In this document: one piece after another, positions 63,825-64,000 of the stretch | Position numbering within the stretch: position 1 is the stretch's first letter | Layout of the letters: the number at the start of each line of letters is the position of its first letter | Source of the DNA: Macrostomum lignano | Taxonomy: Eukaryota | Direction of reading: 5' to 3' | Assembly: GCA_002269645.1 (NCBI GenBank) | Contig: NIVC01002461.1 | Span: 108,074 to 172,073, forward strand | DNA length: 64,000 bases | Translations under genes and position numbers: made by a program | The notes under the pieces: model-generated | Seen by the model: only the letters and a program-made list of their open reading frames with translations | Database searches by the model: none | What the model was told of the DNA's origin: nothing

Positions 63825-64000
63825 TGGCTGATAGAGAATATATAGGCAGGCCGTTGATAAAGACATAGATGGGCGGCTGATAGAGATAGAGATAGAGCTG
63901 ATAGAGATAAGAAAGCTGATAAAGAGGAGAAAGGCAGGCGACTGATAGAGACGAGACAGAAAGGCGGCTGATAGACAGGAGATAGACAGGCCGCTGATAG
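63825..64000. repeat. Degenerate ~20-22-bp repeat (GGCGGCTGATAGAGA...), runs off the window end
   Basis: Repeated GCTGATAGA motif. Confidence 0.7.

Overview
Eukaryotic (metazoan) genomic DNA with GT-AG introns, standard code and very dense minisatellites. The style resembles the flatworm Macrostomum, but that is inference. Hand-spliced, phase-consistent gene models: an 8-exon BRPF1/BRD1-type chromatin scaffold (minus, 3144-17371) with a 4-exon DEG/ENaC channel nested antisense in its last intron (5157-8783), the last exon of an NDUFB11-like gene, a WDR45/WIPI4-like gene (first exon not found), a 6-exon DDX42 helicase, a GIMAP/AIG1-like gene with a degenerate P-loop, an intronless 253-aa orphan ORF and a PAN + C-type-lectin pseudogene. 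Almost every larger intron holds its own distinct tandem array (17-56 bp units), and these explain the long repetitive ORFs. Intergenic DNA contains TIR elements, several with exact target-site duplications, plus LTR pieces and decayed RTE-like LINE fragments. The most unusual observations: a 298-bp MITE carrying a 64-bp 28S rRNA segment altered at the R2/I-PpoI target site, a CMC/EnSpm-like element carrying a BEN-domain gene relic, an LTR flanked by both PPT and PBS, and the one-array-per-intron architecture. All homology calls come from motif recognition, not database searches.
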